This document shows positions 52,507 to 64,000 of a stretch of 64,000 nt of DNA, one piece after another (the first letter of the stretch is position 1; the number at the start of each line of letters is the position of its first letter). Below the pieces are notes generated by a model. That model was given only the letters and a program-made list of their open reading frames with translations. It made no database searches and was not told the origin of the DNA. Made by a program: the position numbers and the translations under genes. The DNA comes from an uncultured Gemmatimonadales bacterium (lineage in GTDB: Bacteria > Gemmatimonadota > Gemmatimonadetes > Longimicrobiales > Gaopeijiaceae), in NCBI GenBank assembly GCA_963809895.1, contig CAWELD010000003.1, forward strand, positions 736,001-800,000, written 5' to 3'.

Positions 52507-53280
52507 ATGCAGCTCGTGCTGGACGTAGGGAACACCGAGACCGTGGTGGGCGTCATGGCGGGTGGCACCGAGCCGGAAGCGCATTGGCGGCTGTCCACGC
52601 AGGTGCCGCGCACCGGTGACGAGTATGCCCATCTGCTCCGGGGACTCCTCCGCGAGGGGGGCTTCGAGCCCGGGGGCTTCCAGCGCGCCGTGGTGGGCTC
52701 GGTGGTGCCCGCCGCCACCGATGTGCTCCGCCAGGTGCTCGGGCGGCTGGTGGGTGGGCCCGTGGTGATCGTCGGACCGGATTCGCCGCTCCCCATCGAG
52801 TTGGACGTGGAGGAGCCTCGCACCGTGGGGGCGGACCGCATCGTCAACACGTTGGCTGCCCGGGAGCTGTTCGGCCGGGATACCATCGCCGTGGACCTCG
52901 GCACCGCCACGACCTTCGACTGCATCTCCGCCGAGGGGGTCTTCCTGGGGGGCGTGATCGCTCCGGGGGTGTCGGCGGGTCTCGAGTGGCTCGGCCGGCG
53001 CACCGCCAAGCTTCCCCGGGTGGAGTTCGCCGAGCCGGAACGGGTCATCGGGCGTCGCACGGAGGCGTGCATCCGGAGCGGGATCTTCTACTCCGTGGTG
53101 GACGGCGTGGACGGTGTGGTGCGGCGGATCCGGCGCGAGTGGGGACGGCCCGACGTGCTGGTCGTGGCCACCGGAGGCTACGCGGGCGTGGTGGGCCCGG
53201 CGGCCGAGACGGTGGAACGGGTCGAGCCCTTCCTGACGCTGTACGGCCTGGCCCTGGCCGGCGATCTGCTGAGCGGTTAG
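52507..53280 (+). CDS. coaX: Type III pantothenate kinase
   Basis: LDVGNT, VGADR, VDLGTATTFD, GGVIAPG, ATGG. Confidence 0.95.
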   Translation: MQLVLDVGNTETVVGVMAGGTEPEAHWRLSTQVPRTGDEYAHLLRGLLREGGFEPGGFQRAVVGSVVPAATDVLRQVLGRLVGGPVVIVGPDSPLPIELDVEEPRTVGADRIVNTLAARELFGRDTIAVDLGTATTFDCISAEGVFLGGVIAPGVSAGLEWLGRRTAKLPRVEFAEPERVIGRRTEACIRSGIFYSVVDGVDGVVRRIRREWGRPDVLVVATGGYAGVVGPAAETVERVEPFLTLYGLALAGDLLSG

Positions 53281-54290
53281 GAAGCGCTCGTCCGCCCTCG
53301 GTCCGTCGGCAGGGACCGCAGCCGGCGGCCGTACCAGGCGATCCAGCCGTTGCTCCAGCCCAGGAACCGCGACCAGGCGACGATGCGGCGCACGTCGTCG
53401 CGTCCGATCTTGGTCTCCTCCCGGAAGACGCGGGGGTTCGCGCGGCTGATGGCCAGCGTGCGCTCCGCGAACAGGTAGGGCAGCAGGCAGAAGAGACGGA
53501 TGTCGTGCCGGCGCCGGGGGATGACCGCCAGATAGCGGCGGGCGGCATCGAGATGGCGCTGGGCCTTGTCCACGAGGGCCGCGAGCACGGCGGCTTCGGC
53601 GCCCGGGTCGCGCGCGCCACCCTCGAGGATCTGGCGAGGCTCGGGCGCCTCGGCCGGCACGAAGCTCCTGGGGATGAAGATCCAGCCGCGCTCCCAGTCG
53701 GCGTGCAGCCCGCGGACCACGTTCACCGTCTGGAGGGCGAGGCCGAACTCCCGCCCCAACGCCATCATCTCGTCCTGGCGCCTGGCCACCGCGGGCACGT
53801 CGTGGGCGAAGAGGTCGGTCAGGAGCCACCCTACCCGTCCGGCCACCTCGTGCATGTAGTCGTCCAACGCCGCCTCGTCCGGGATGTCGGGCCCGCGCTG
53901 CGCCCAACGGGCCATTCCCCGGGTCGAGTCGGCCGTATGGCGCGCGATCACGTCCCGACCCGCCGGCCGGAGCCCACGCAGCGCCTCGAGCACCCGGTCA
54001 GCGTGGCGGGCCACCAGCGCGTCCGGGGTGTCGTCGGTCACGGCCCGAAGCGCCGGGGCCAGCCCGGTGATCGCTTCTTCGCCTTCCAGCACCCGGGCCC
54101 ATCGCTCCAGGAGGTCGATCTTGCGCTCGGCCGGCATGGACTCGTTGTCCTCGAGGTAGTCCGAGACGCGCAGCACCAGATAGGCGGTCTCGATCTCGGT
54201 CCGGAGGGGCTCGGACAGGAGGTCGATCCCGAGGGCGAAGGTGCGGCTCGCCGCGTGCAGGAGCTCGTTGAGAGACGGTGTCGTGGCCAT
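53277..54290 (-). CDS. Squalene/phytoene synthase family protein
   Basis: SRTFA, DYLED, YMHEVAGRVG, FGLALQTVNVVR. Confidence 0.85.
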   Translation of the reverse strand: MATTPSLNELLHAASRTFALGIDLLSEPLRTEIETAYLVLRVSDYLEDNESMPAERKIDLLERWARVLEGEEAITGLAPALRAVTDDTPDALVARHADRVLEALRGLRPAGRDVIARHTADSTRGMARWAQRGPDIPDEAALDDYMHEVAGRVGWLLTDLFAHDVPAVARRQDEMMALGREFGLALQTVNVVRGLHADWERGWIFIPRSFVPAEAPEPRQILEGGARDPGAEAAVLAALVDKAQRHLDAARRYLAVIPRRRHDIRLFCLLPYLFAERTLAISRANPRVFREETKIGRDDVRRIVAWSRFLGWSNGWIAWYGRRLRSLPTDRGRTSAS

Positions 54291-54337
54291 GACCGCATAA
54301 GGTAAGAGGCAGCCGCGGGGCAGGGGACCCCGGGGCG

Positions 54338-54365
54338 TTGACACACACCCGCATTGCCTTATCAT
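54338..54365 (+). promoter_or_regulatory. sigma70 promoter of groESL
   Basis: TTGACA (54338-54343), 16-bp spacer, TATCAT, just upstream of CIRCE. Confidence 0.6.
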
Positions 54366-54377
54366 TCTCCTGTGTTG

Positions 54378-54404
54378 TTAGCACTCGAAGGCCGTGAGTG
54401 CTAA
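54378..54404. promoter_or_regulatory. CIRCE element (HrcA operator)
   Basis: Perfect TTAGCACTC-N9-GAGTGCTAA upstream of groES. Confidence 0.97.
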
Positions 54405-54472
54405 CCGGACGAATCGAAGTGACATCCCTTCCAGAATCCCAATCCAACCACATTCACGAGGAGGCAGGTGCC

Positions 54473-54778
54473 ATGGCTACTTCTGCCGCCACCAAGATCC
54501 AGCCCCTGGCGGATCGAGTCGTCGTCAAGGCGCTCGACGAGGCCGAGCAGATGCGCGGTGGGCTGTACATTCCCGACACCGCCAAGGAGAAGCCCCAGCA
54601 GGGTGAGATCGTGGCCGTCGGCCCGGGCAAGATGTCCGACGAGGGCAACCGCATCGCCCCGGAAGTTCAGGTGGGCAACAAGGTGCTGTACGGGAAGTAC
54701 AGCGGGACCGAGGTGACCGTCGACGGTGAGGAGTTCCTCATCCTCCGCGAGTCCGACGTCCTGGCGGTGATCAAGTAA
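54473..54778 (+). CDS. groES: Co-chaperonin GroES
   Basis: [28 protein letters not shown]. Confidence 0.98.
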   Translation: MATSAATKIQPLADRVVVKALDEAEQMRGGLYIPDTAKEKPQQGEIVAVGPGKMSDEGNRIAPEVQVGNKVLYGKYSGTEVTVDGEEFLILRESDVLAVIK

Positions 54779-54845
54779 CCGCCTCCAAGGACCGACGCGT
54801 ACCGCCAAGACCGAAGATCAGCGTAGATCAGAAAGGAGAAAGACG

Positions 54846-56486
54846 ATGGCTGCCAAGGAGCTCGATTTCGATATCGAGGCCCGCACGCGGCTCAAGGCCG
54901 GTGTGGACAAGCTGGCGAGGGCCGTGAAGGTGACGCTCGGGCCCAAGGGCCGGAACGTCGTGCTGGACCGGAAGTTCGGATCCCCCACCGTGACCAAGGA
55001 CGGCGTGTCCGTGGCCAAGGAGGTGGAGCTCGAGGATCCCGTGGAGAACATGGGTGCACAGATGGTCAAGGAGGTCGCCACCAAGACCTCCGACCTGGCC
55101 GGTGACGGGACCACCACCGCCACCGTGCTGGCCCAGGCGATCTTCGCCGAGGGTCTGAAGAACGTCACCGCCGGCGCGAATCCCATGGGGATCAAGCGGG
55201 GCATCGACAAGGCCGTCGAGCAGGTGGTCGAGGAGCTCAAGAAGATCTCCCAGGACACCAAGGGCAAGAAGGAAATCGCCCAGGTCGGGGCCATCTCCGC
55301 CAACAACGATCCGGAGATCGGCGAGCTCATCGCCGACGCCATGGAGAAGGTGGGCAAGGACGGCGTCATCACGGTCGAGGAGGCCCGCGGCCTGGAGACC
55401 ACCCTCGAGACCGTCGAGGGCATGCAGTTCGACCGCGGATATCTGTCGCCGTACTTCGTGACGGACCCGGAGCGCATGGAGGCCGTGCTCGAGGATCCCA
55501 TGATCCTCATCCACGACAAGAAGATCTCCTCCATGAAGGACCTGCTGCCGATCCTCGAGAAGGTCGCGCAGATGGGCAAGCCGCTCCTGATCATCGCCGA
55601 GGACGTGGAGGGCGAGGCCCTGGCCACGCTGGTGGTGAACAAGCTGCGCGGCACGCTCAAGGTGTGCGCCGTGAAGGCCCCGGGCTTCGGCGACCGCCGC
55701 AAGGCCATGCTCCAGGACATCGCCATCCTCACCGGCGGACAGGTCATCTCGGAAGAGGTGGGCTTCAAGCTCGAGAACGCCGTGGTGAGCGATCTGGGCT
55801 CGGCGAAGCGCGTCGTCATCGACAAGGACAACACCACCCTCGTCGACGGCGCCGGTGAGGCCGACAAGATCAAGGGCCGCATCGAAGAGATCCGGGTCTC
55901 CATCGACAAGAGCACCTCGGACTACGACCGGGAGAAGCTCCAGGAGCGCCTGGCCAAGCTTTCCGGTGGCGTGGCCGTCATCAACGTCGGCGCCGCGACC
56001 GAGACCGAGATGAAGGAGAAGAAGGCTCGCGTCGAGGACGCGCTCCACGCGACGCGCGCGGCCGTGGAAGAGGGTATCGTGCCCGGTGGCGGCGTGGCGC
56101 TGCTGCGGGCGCAGGCCGCGCTCGGCGCCTTCAAGCTCGACCGCGCCGACGAGCAGGTGGGCGTCGACATCCTGCGCCGTGCGCTGGAGGCGCCCATCCG
56201 TCAGATCTCCACGAACGCCGGAGCCGAGGGTTCCATCGTGGTGGAGAAGGTGCGTGAGTCGAAGGACGCGAACTTCGGCTACAACGCCCTCACGGATGAG
56301 TACGAGGATCTGGTCGAGGCCGGCGTCATCGATCCCACCAAGGTCGTGCGCACCGCGCTCCAGAACGCCTCGTCCATCGCCGGACTGCTCCTCACCACCG
56401 AGGCGGTGGTGGTGGAGAGGCCGGAAGAGGAGAAGGGTGGCGGCGCCCCCGGCGGCATGCCGGGCGGCATGGGCGGCATGTACTGA
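54846..56486 (+). CDS. groEL: Chaperonin GroEL
   Basis: [22 protein letters not shown]-terminal GGM repeats. Confidence 0.99.
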   Translation: MAAKELDFDIEARTRLKAGVDKLARAVKVTLGPKGRNVVLDRKFGSPTVTKDGVSVAKEVELEDPVENMGAQMVKEVATKTSDLAGDGTTTATVLAQAIFAEGLKNVTAGANPMGIKRGIDKAVEQVVEELKKISQDTKGKKEIAQVGAISANNDPEIGELIADAMEKVGKDGVITVEEARGLETTLETVEGMQFDRGYLSPYFVTDPERMEAVLEDPMILIHDKKISSMKDLLPILEKVAQMGKPLLIIAEDVEGEALATLVVNKLRGTLKVCAVKAPGFGDRRKAMLQDIAILTGGQVISEEVGFKLENAVVSDLGSAKRVVIDKDNTTLVDGAGEADKIKGRIEEIRVSIDKSTSDYDREKLQERLAKLSGGVAVINVGAATETEMKEKKARVEDALHATRAAVEEGIVPGGGVALLRAQAALGAFKLDRADEQVGVDILRRALEAPIRQISTNAGAEGSIVVEKVRESKDANFGYNALTDEYEDLVEAGVIDPTKVVRTALQNASSIAGLLLTTEAVVVERPEEEKGGGAPGGMPGGMGGMY

Positions 56487-56510
56487 GCCCAGCCACCGAG
56501 AGGTGAAGGG

Positions 56511-56544
56511 AAGGGGTCCGGCCGGGCGGCCGGGCCCCTTTCTC
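56511..56544 (+). terminator. Intrinsic terminator after groEL
   Basis: AAGGGGTCCGGCC...GGCCGGGCCCCTT followed by TCTC, between convergent genes. Confidence 0.7.
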
Positions 56545-56575
56545 GTTGGCGCACAGGGGGTGCTGGAGAGCCTGC

Positions 56576-58423
56576 CTACCGCCCCTCGAAGGCGTCGCCC
56601 GCGAGCCCGCCCACCACCGGGAGCACCACACGCGTGCCGTCGAGGTCGACGGTGATGCGGGTGCCTGGATCGGGGCGCAGCGTGAAGTCGCGGTCGCTGG
56701 AGAAGATCATGAGCGCGAGGCGCTTGCCCGCCGGTACCACCTGGTCGTCGGGCTGGAGCTCGAAGGTGACGTCGTAGAACCGCCCCGGCACCAGCGGCTC
56801 GCCGTGCTCCAACGACGCGTGGTTCTGCGGATCCGCCCATCCCCGTGTGATGAGGCTCTCGTAGGGATCAGGCGCCCGCGGACTGCCCTCGGTCCAGGGG
56901 AGTATCACCAGCCAGACCGTGAGGTTGGCCGCGGGCCGGTCCGCGGCGAGGCGCACGGTGACGCGAGGCGTGCCGCTGATGCGCACCGGGGACTCCAGGA
57001 CCGGCGTGGCGTACAGCAGGCGGTGCTCGGTCCACTCGGCCCCGGCCAGCGCCGCTCCGGAGAAGGAGAAGTTGTCCACCAGCGTCTCCTGTCCCTGGCC
57101 CTGCGCCGCTTCCAACGCCAGGCCCCCGGTCCGCACGCCTCCGGACGTGGGATGCAGGGTCACCTCCACGGCGTCCGCCGCGGGATAGTCCGCGTACGGC
57201 GTGGGCTGCTCGCGATCGCCGCCGTCGGGCACGATCCAGGCGTGGGGGCCGTTCTCGATACCGTTGTCCACGCCGTAGAGCCAGCGCGTGAACCAGCGGT
57301 TCATGAGCTCCAGGGGCGGCGGGCCGCCGTGCCCTCCCCGGTGCAGATAGAGCGCGGCGGGCACGCCCCGCTCCCGTAGCGCCTCGTAGACCCGGATGCT
57401 GTGCTCCGGCATCACGTTCCAGTCGTTGAGGCCGTGGGCCAGGAAGGTGGCGGCCCGGATGCCGTCCAGCCGCTGCATGAAGTCGCGGCCCTTCCAGAAG
57501 GCGTTGTAGTCGCCGGTCTGGCGGTCCTCGCCGGGGACCAGCTCGCCGTCGCGGATCACGCGGTCACAGTAGGCCCGGCGCTCGGGGCTTCCGCTGTCGA
57601 TGAACGAGTACAGCACGTCGGTGTCCTCGCCCAGATAGCCGCCGGGGCTCCGCACCAGGCCGTTGGAGCGGTAGTACCGATAGTACGAGGTGTTGGGCGA
57701 CACCGGGATGATGGCCTCCAGGCCCTCGACGCCGGTGGTGGCCGCGGCCACCGGGATGGTGCCGTTGTAGGAGGTGCCCGTCATACCCACCTTGCCGGTG
57801 CTCCAGTCCGCCACCACCGGCTCTCCACCCACGGGTGCGGTGAAGCCGCGTGCACGCCCGTTGAGCCAGTCGATCACCGCCTTGGGGGCCAGCGCCTCGG
57901 GATCGCCGCCGATGGTGGGGCAGCCCTGCGAGGCGCCCGTCCCCGGGGCCTCCGAGTGGACCACCGCGAAGCCCCGGGGCACCCAGGTTCCCACGAATTC
58001 GTTGGAGATCCAGTGACGGTCGCCCCGGTAACGGATCGCCGGCATGGGCGTGCGCTCCGGCGGGGGATCCCCCAGCTCCTGCCGCACGTTCCAGAAGTAC
58101 TCGGGGGCCGTGGAGCCGGTCCCGGAGAAGTACGGGCTCGACTCGTAGATGATGGGTACCTTCAGCCCCCCGCTCGCGGTCTGCGCCGGCCGGGTCACGT
58201 CCACGTGCACGCGGTCGGGGTTGCCGTCCCCGTCGGTATCGAACGAGGTCTCCACCCAGAGCTCCTGCCGGATCCACGTACTGGAGTCAGCGAAGGCGGG
58301 CACGACCTGCGCCTGTCCGTCCTGAAACACCGGCCCGACGGTCTGGGCCTTCAGACCGGGGGTGGTGCCGAGCACGAGGGCGGCGGCCAACCCGGCCGCC
58401 CGGGACAGGAAGCGATCACTCAT
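56576..58423 (-). CDS. Exported Xaa-Pro dipeptidyl-peptidase (S15/PepX family)
   Basis: Signal peptide; SSPY, nucleophile GTSYNG, HGLNDWNV, GGH. Confidence 0.88.
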   Translation of the reverse strand: MSDRFLSRAAGLAAALVLGTTPGLKAQTVGPVFQDGQAQVVPAFADSSTWIRQELWVETSFDTDGDGNPDRVHVDVTRPAQTASGGLKVPIIYESSPYFSGTGSTAPEYFWNVRQELGDPPPERTPMPAIRYRGDRHWISNEFVGTWVPRGFAVVHSEAPGTGASQGCPTIGGDPEALAPKAVIDWLNGRARGFTAPVGGEPVVADWSTGKVGMTGTSYNGTIPVAAATTGVEGLEAIIPVSPNTSYYRYYRSNGLVRSPGGYLGEDTDVLYSFIDSGSPERRAYCDRVIRDGELVPGEDRQTGDYNAFWKGRDFMQRLDGIRAATFLAHGLNDWNVMPEHSIRVYEALRERGVPAALYLHRGGHGGPPPLELMNRWFTRWLYGVDNGIENGPHAWIVPDGGDREQPTPYADYPAADAVEVTLHPTSGGVRTGGLALEAAQGQGQETLVDNFSFSGAALAGAEWTEHRLLYATPVLESPVRISGTPRVTVRLAADRPAANLTVWLVILPWTEGSPRAPDPYESLITRGWADPQNHASLEHGEPLVPGRFYDVTFELQPDDQVVPAGKRLALMIFSSDRDFTLRPDPGTRITVDLDGTRVVLPVVGGLAGDAFEGR

Positions 58424-58584
58424 GGTCCACATGGATGGATTCCTCGCGATTGAATCGGGCTGAGGGTCCGGGAGAGATACCGGGCCGTGCTCGCCATCGT
58501 CAAGCCGACGCCGCCCACCGGTTGGGTACGGCCGCGCATCGTGTATCTTCCACGGGTGGCTCACTTCCACCCGGCGGAGACGAC

Positions 58585-59613
58585 ATGCGACGACCGACGC
58601 TCCTGCTTCGATCCTCCCTGGTGCTCGCCCTCCTGCTCGTGCTACCGGCCGCGGCCGCCCCGCAGCAAGCGGACGCGGGTGCGACGGTGCGCGCGGTGCT
58701 CTTCTATTCGCCCCTGTGCCCGCACTGCCACGATGTGATGACCAACGACATCCCGCCCCTGCTGGCGCGGTACGGAGATCGTCTCGAGATCGTGGAGGTG
58801 GACGTCACCCGAGTGGACGGCGCCGAGGCGTATCGCGCGGCCATGCAGGTCCTGCGGATCCCCGCCGACCGGGAAGGCGTGCCGACCCTGGTCATCGGCG
58901 ACACCTATCTGGTCGGCGCGGACGAGATTCCGGCCCGGTTGCCGGGCCTGATCGAGGCGGGGCTGGCCGGTGGAGGCGTGCCGCTCCCGGACATCCCCGG
59001 CATCGCAGAGGCGGCCCGTCCGTTCGCGGTGCCGCTGGGGGGCGTCGGAGACATCCCGACGGGGGACGCCGTGCTGGGCTATGCGACGCTGATCCTGGTG
59101 CTCGGCGGGCTGGTCTACGGGATCCGCACGCTGCTGCGGTCCGGCGCCCCGCGAGGCACGCCGTCAGTGGCGATTCCGGTGCTGGCGTTGGTGGGATTGG
59201 TCATCGCGGGCTACCTGAGCTGGGTGAAGCTGGGCGACACGGCGGCGGTCTGCGGGCCCTTCGGCGATTGCGGCCGCGTCCAGTCCAGCCCGTACTCGGA
59301 GGTCCTGGGGGTGCCGGTGGCGTTCCTGGGCGTGCTGCACTATCTGGCCGTGGGCTTCCTGGCCACGGCGTTGCGCAAGGACGGACGGCCTCCGCGCTGG
59401 TACCGGGAAGCCCTCGTCGGTCTGGCGCTGCTCGGGGCGTTCTTCTCGTTCTACCTCACCGGTCTCGAGCTCTTCACCATCTTCGCCGTGTGCACCTGGT
59501 GCCTGGGTTCGGCCCTGGTGGCCACGGCCATCCTGGTGCTGGTGGCGCGGCCCGGCGAAGCCACGGAGCCGCGCACACGGGCGGAGCGGCGCAGGGCGGC
59601 GCGTAAGGGATAG
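58585..59613 (+). CDS. Thioredoxin-like domain fused to vitamin K epoxide reductase (VKOR)
   Basis: Signal peptide, CPHC and GVPT cis-Pro loop; VKOR loop C-x5-C..SPYS..GVPVA; CTWC. Confidence 0.88.
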   Translation: MRRPTLLLRSSLVLALLLVLPAAAAPQQADAGATVRAVLFYSPLCPHCHDVMTNDIPPLLARYGDRLEIVEVDVTRVDGAEAYRAAMQVLRIPADREGVPTLVIGDTYLVGADEIPARLPGLIEAGLAGGGVPLPDIPGIAEAARPFAVPLGGVGDIPTGDAVLGYATLILVLGGLVYGIRTLLRSGAPRGTPSVAIPVLALVGLVIAGYLSWVKLGDTAAVCGPFGDCGRVQSSPYSEVLGVPVAFLGVLHYLAVGFLATALRKDGRPPRWYREALVGLALLGAFFSFYLTGLELFTIFAVCTWCLGSALVATAILVLVARPGEATEPRTRAERRRAARKG

Positions 59614-59751
59614 ACGCCGCAGGTGGCGCGGGCGGGTCTCGTGGCGCGCGGGCCCGTGGTAGCCTTTATCCAGAATCGGGGCGTGGGTAACTTCCTCGAC
59701 GGACCGGTCCACAGGTAGGTGGGGCGGCATCCCTCGAGGGAAGGACAGACC

Positions 59752-61694
<1,943 letters not shown>

Positions 61695-61966
61695 CGAGGC
61701 CGCCTCCGGCGGGGCGATGGGCGGCGGGAGGCTGGCAGGGCCCGGCCCGGTGGGCCGGCTCGGCCGCGCGGGCCCGGCGGCGCGATCGGGGGTGTGGGGA
61801 AGCACATGGCGAGTGCGAACCGTCCACAGGTGGGATCTGGTGAGACGCTTGGACGATTCGGCCCGGTGGGGGAGCCCAGTCGGGGAAGGCGCGAAGACGG
61901 GTCCGTCGCGAGAGCCCGTTCGACGCACCTGGTGAGCTCAAAGGGGCCAAACGCCCCCTTCGGCCC

Positions 61967-62106
61967 GCCCGAGGGGCTCCTTCGCACCCCGCCGTTGCGC
62001 GGGGGGCGCCCGATCGCACCATGCCGTCACGCGGGGTGCGCCTGATCGCACTATCCACTCACGCGCCGGGCGCCCGATCGCACGGTGCAGTCACGCGGGG
62101 GGCGCT
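61967..62106. repeat. Imperfect 32-bp tandem repeat (three good copies plus degenerate flanks)
   Basis: 61999 GCGGGGGGCGCCCGATCGCACCATGCCGTCAC; 62031 GCGGGGTGCGCCTGATCGCACTATCCACTCAC; 62063 GCGCCGGGCGCCCGATCGCACGGTGCAGTCAC; partial copy at 62095; degenerate copy at 61967. Confidence 0.85.
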
Positions 62107-62189
62107 CGCCCGACCCGACCCGCCATCACCACGCCCCATCGCGCCCCATCGACAGGAGGCTTCCCGCCTTGCGGCGGGCGCCGAGACGG

Positions 62190-62218
62190 TTGACGACGGC
62201 GCCTGTGCGCGCCATCTT
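62190..62218 (+). promoter_or_regulatory. Putative promoter of infC-rpmI-rplT
   Basis: TTGACG, 17-bp spacer, CATCTT. Confidence 0.45.
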
Positions 62219-62349
62219 TTCCGATCCCGGCGCCTGCGCGCCCGGAGGTCGACAGAAAACGTGAAGTGAGCCGCCCGGCGTGCGGCTCCACCCCACGGCC
62301 CGCCCCGAGCGGCGCCACCGGGTCCTGAACGCCACCGGAGACGCTCTCT

Positions 62350-62412
62350 TCTACGAAGGCGACTCCGGTGCCGCCATCGGGCCCGGATCGACTCCGGGCC
62401 CGTCGTCGTTTC
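62350..62412 (+). ncRNA. Candidate L20-leader-like structure upstream of infC
   Basis: GAAGGCGAC..GCCGCCATC, then perfect 10-bp hairpin CGGGCCCGGA/TCCGGGCCCG (62378-62402) and TCGTCGTTT. Confidence 0.4.
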
Positions 62413-62448
62413 CGGGGTTCGAGACCATCCCCTGCGGAGGTAGGAGTC

Positions 62449-62967
62449 ATCAGCGAGAAAAGGGTCCGGGTGAACGACCAGATCCGGATCAGCCCCATTC
62501 GTCTCATCGACGACGAGGGCGGCCAGGTCGGAATCGTTTCGCTGGAAGACGCTCGCGAGCGGGCTGCTGAGACCGGCCTCGATCTGGTGGAGGTGGCTCC
62601 AGACGCTCGCCCGCCCGTGGTCAAGCTCATGGACTACGGAAAGTTCAAGTACGAGGCGGCCCGAGCGGCGCGGGAGGCCAGGAAGAAACAGCACACGATC
62701 CAGGTCAAGGAAGTGAAGTTCCGGCCGGGGATCGAGGACCACGACTACGAGTTCAAGCTCAGGCACGCCAAGCGGTTCCTGGAAGAAGGCAACAAGGTCA
62801 AGCTGACCATGATGTTCCGGGGCCGGCAGGTGACGCATCCGGAGCTGGGTCTGGAGGTCTTGCAGCGGGCGACCGCGGATCTCGTGGATCTGGCAAAGGT
62901 CGAGAGCAACGCCAGCTTCGAGGGGCGCACGATGTCCATGGTGCTGGTGCCTTTGAAGTCCAGGTGA
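62449..62967 (+). CDS. infC: Translation initiation factor IF-3, non-canonical ATC start
   Basis: GGAGGTAGGAG then [32 protein letters not shown]. Confidence 0.95.
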   Translation: MSEKRVRVNDQIRISPIRLIDDEGGQVGIVSLEDARERAAETGLDLVEVAPDARPPVVKLMDYGKFKYEAARAAREARKKQHTIQVKEVKFRPGIEDHDYEFKLRHAKRFLEEGNKVKLTMMFRGRQVTHPELGLEVLQRATADLVDLAKVESNASFEGRTMSMVLVPLKSR

Positions 62968-62998
62968 GCGGCGAGGCCGGTCACACGGGAGATACGAC

Positions 62999-63199
62999 AT
63001 GCCGAAGATGAAGACGAACCGGGGTGCGGCGAAGCGCTTCAAGCGCACGGCCAAAGGGAAGCTGAAGCGCTTCAAGGCCAATCACAGCCACATCCTCACC
63101 AAGAAGTCCAAGAAGCGTAAGCGGCGCCTGCGGTCCGCCGAGCTCGTGGACAAGGCGGACAAGAAGCGCATGGACCGCCTCATGCCTTACGGACAGTAA
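62999..63199 (+). CDS. rpmI: 50S ribosomal protein L35
   Basis: [22 protein letters not shown]. Confidence 0.98.
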   Translation: MPKMKTNRGAAKRFKRTAKGKLKRFKANHSHILTKKSKKRKRRLRSAELVDKADKKRMDRLMPYGQ

Positions 63200-63211
63200 A
63201 GGAGGGGACCC

Positions 63212-63577
63212 ATGCCTCGTTCAACGGCATCCGGCGCCCGCAACAAGCGCAAGAAGAAGATCTTCAAGGCCGCCAAGGGCTACTTCGGCGGTCGCAAGAA
63301 CCTGTACCGTGTCGCCAAGGACGCGGTGGAGAAGGGATGGGAGCACGCCTATCGGGACCGCAAGAAGAAGAAGCGGAACTTCCGGCGTCTCTGGATCACG
63401 CGCATCAACGCGGCCGCGCGCGAGCACGATCTGTCGTATTCCCGATTTATCAACGGCCTGGGCCTGGCCGGCGTCGAGTTGGACCGGAAGGCCCTGGCCG
63501 ATCTGGCCGTGCGGAGCCCCGAGGCCTTCGCCGCGCTGGTGGATCGGGCCAAGGAGAGCCTGGCCAAGGCCTCCTGA
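63212..63577 (+). CDS. rplT: 50S ribosomal protein L20
   Basis: [31 protein letters not shown]. Confidence 0.98.
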   Translation: MPRSTASGARNKRKKKIFKAAKGYFGGRKNLYRVAKDAVEKGWEHAYRDRKKKKRNFRRLWITRINAAAREHDLSYSRFINGLGLAGVELDRKALADLAVRSPEAFAALVDRAKESLAKAS

Positions 63578-63600
63578 GCCGCCCGCATTCCGGCGGTAGC

Positions 63601-63642
63601 GCGAAGGGCCCCGCGGGCGACCACCCCGCGGGGCCCTTTCGC
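63601..63642 (+). terminator. Terminator hairpin after rplT
   Basis: GCGAAGGGCCCCGCGGG...CCCGCGGGGCCCTTTCGC. Confidence 0.7.
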
Positions 63643-63758
63643 ATGTGCGCCAGGGAACCCCGAAGCACCCCGCGGTGCCGCACCCTACCCGATTCCTCCC
63701 GGGCGCGTGTAGCTTTTGGCCCTCGGGGACCTGTCAATGTGAGGGATGAAGGACTCAG

Positions 63759-64000
63759 ATGAGCGACGAAAGCACGCTGGTGGAGGAGTTGCGGGGGCTG
63801 GAGAAGGGGGCGCTGGAGGCCCTCTCCGAGGCGTCCGATACGGAGGCGGTGGAGGCGGTCCGCATCGAGTATCTGGGCCGCAAGGACGGGCGTATCTCGT
63901 CGGTCCTGCGCAAGCTGGGATCCCTGGACCCCGAAGCCCGACCCACGGTGGGTGCGGAGGCCAACCGGGTGAAGGGTGCGCTGACCACCGCGCTCGAGGA
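63759..64000 (+). CDS. pheS: Phenylalanine--tRNA ligase alpha subunit, 3'-truncated
   Basis: VRIEYLGRKDG..LGSLDPEARPTVGAEAN N-terminal coiled coil; position after rplT; absent from the ORF track. Confidence 0.9.
   Translation, partial: MSDESTLVEELRGLEKGALEALSEASDTEAVEAVRIEYLGRKDGRISSVLRKLGSLDPEARPTVGAEANRVKGALTTALE

Noticed and set aside
59614..59751. T-box leader before thrS (also checked before pheS)
   Set aside because: Spacers are too short and no T-box consensus or terminator was seen
61967..62106. 32-bp repeat as a CRISPR array
   Set aside because: Units are contiguous with no spacer-length unique sequence, and no cas genes are present

Overview
A high-GC bacterial chromosomal window of about 58 genes, mostly on the + strand. 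Gene content suggests Gemmatimonadota (inference, not tested). No rRNA, tRNA, CRISPR array, prophage or transposase was recognised. From start to end it holds: a TetR-controlled TolC/MFP/RND efflux operon; exported hydrolases; a MacAB-TolC-like ABC system with its own NtrC-type regulator and kinase; an ECF sigma/anti-sigma operon with two exported HEAT-repeat proteins; a REC-GGDEF plus PilB/GspE-REC pair followed by a phosphate-porin-like gene; secDF, tatD, DUF47-pit, mutL-miaA-bshA-uppP-nadC-birA-coaX, CIRCE-groES-groEL, a thioredoxin-VKOR fusion, thrS and infC-rpmI-rplT-pheS. Six single-base indels break five genes, including essential thrS, and are most likely long-read sequencing errors. 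The best leads are: (1) a roughly 125-nt structured leader before the porin with mutually exclusive pairings, one hiding the Shine-Dalgarno; (2) the orphan PilB/GspE-receiver fusion coupled to a diguanylate cyclase; (3) a non-coding 32-bp tandem repeat upstream of infC; (4) the ECF/HEAT-repeat module.
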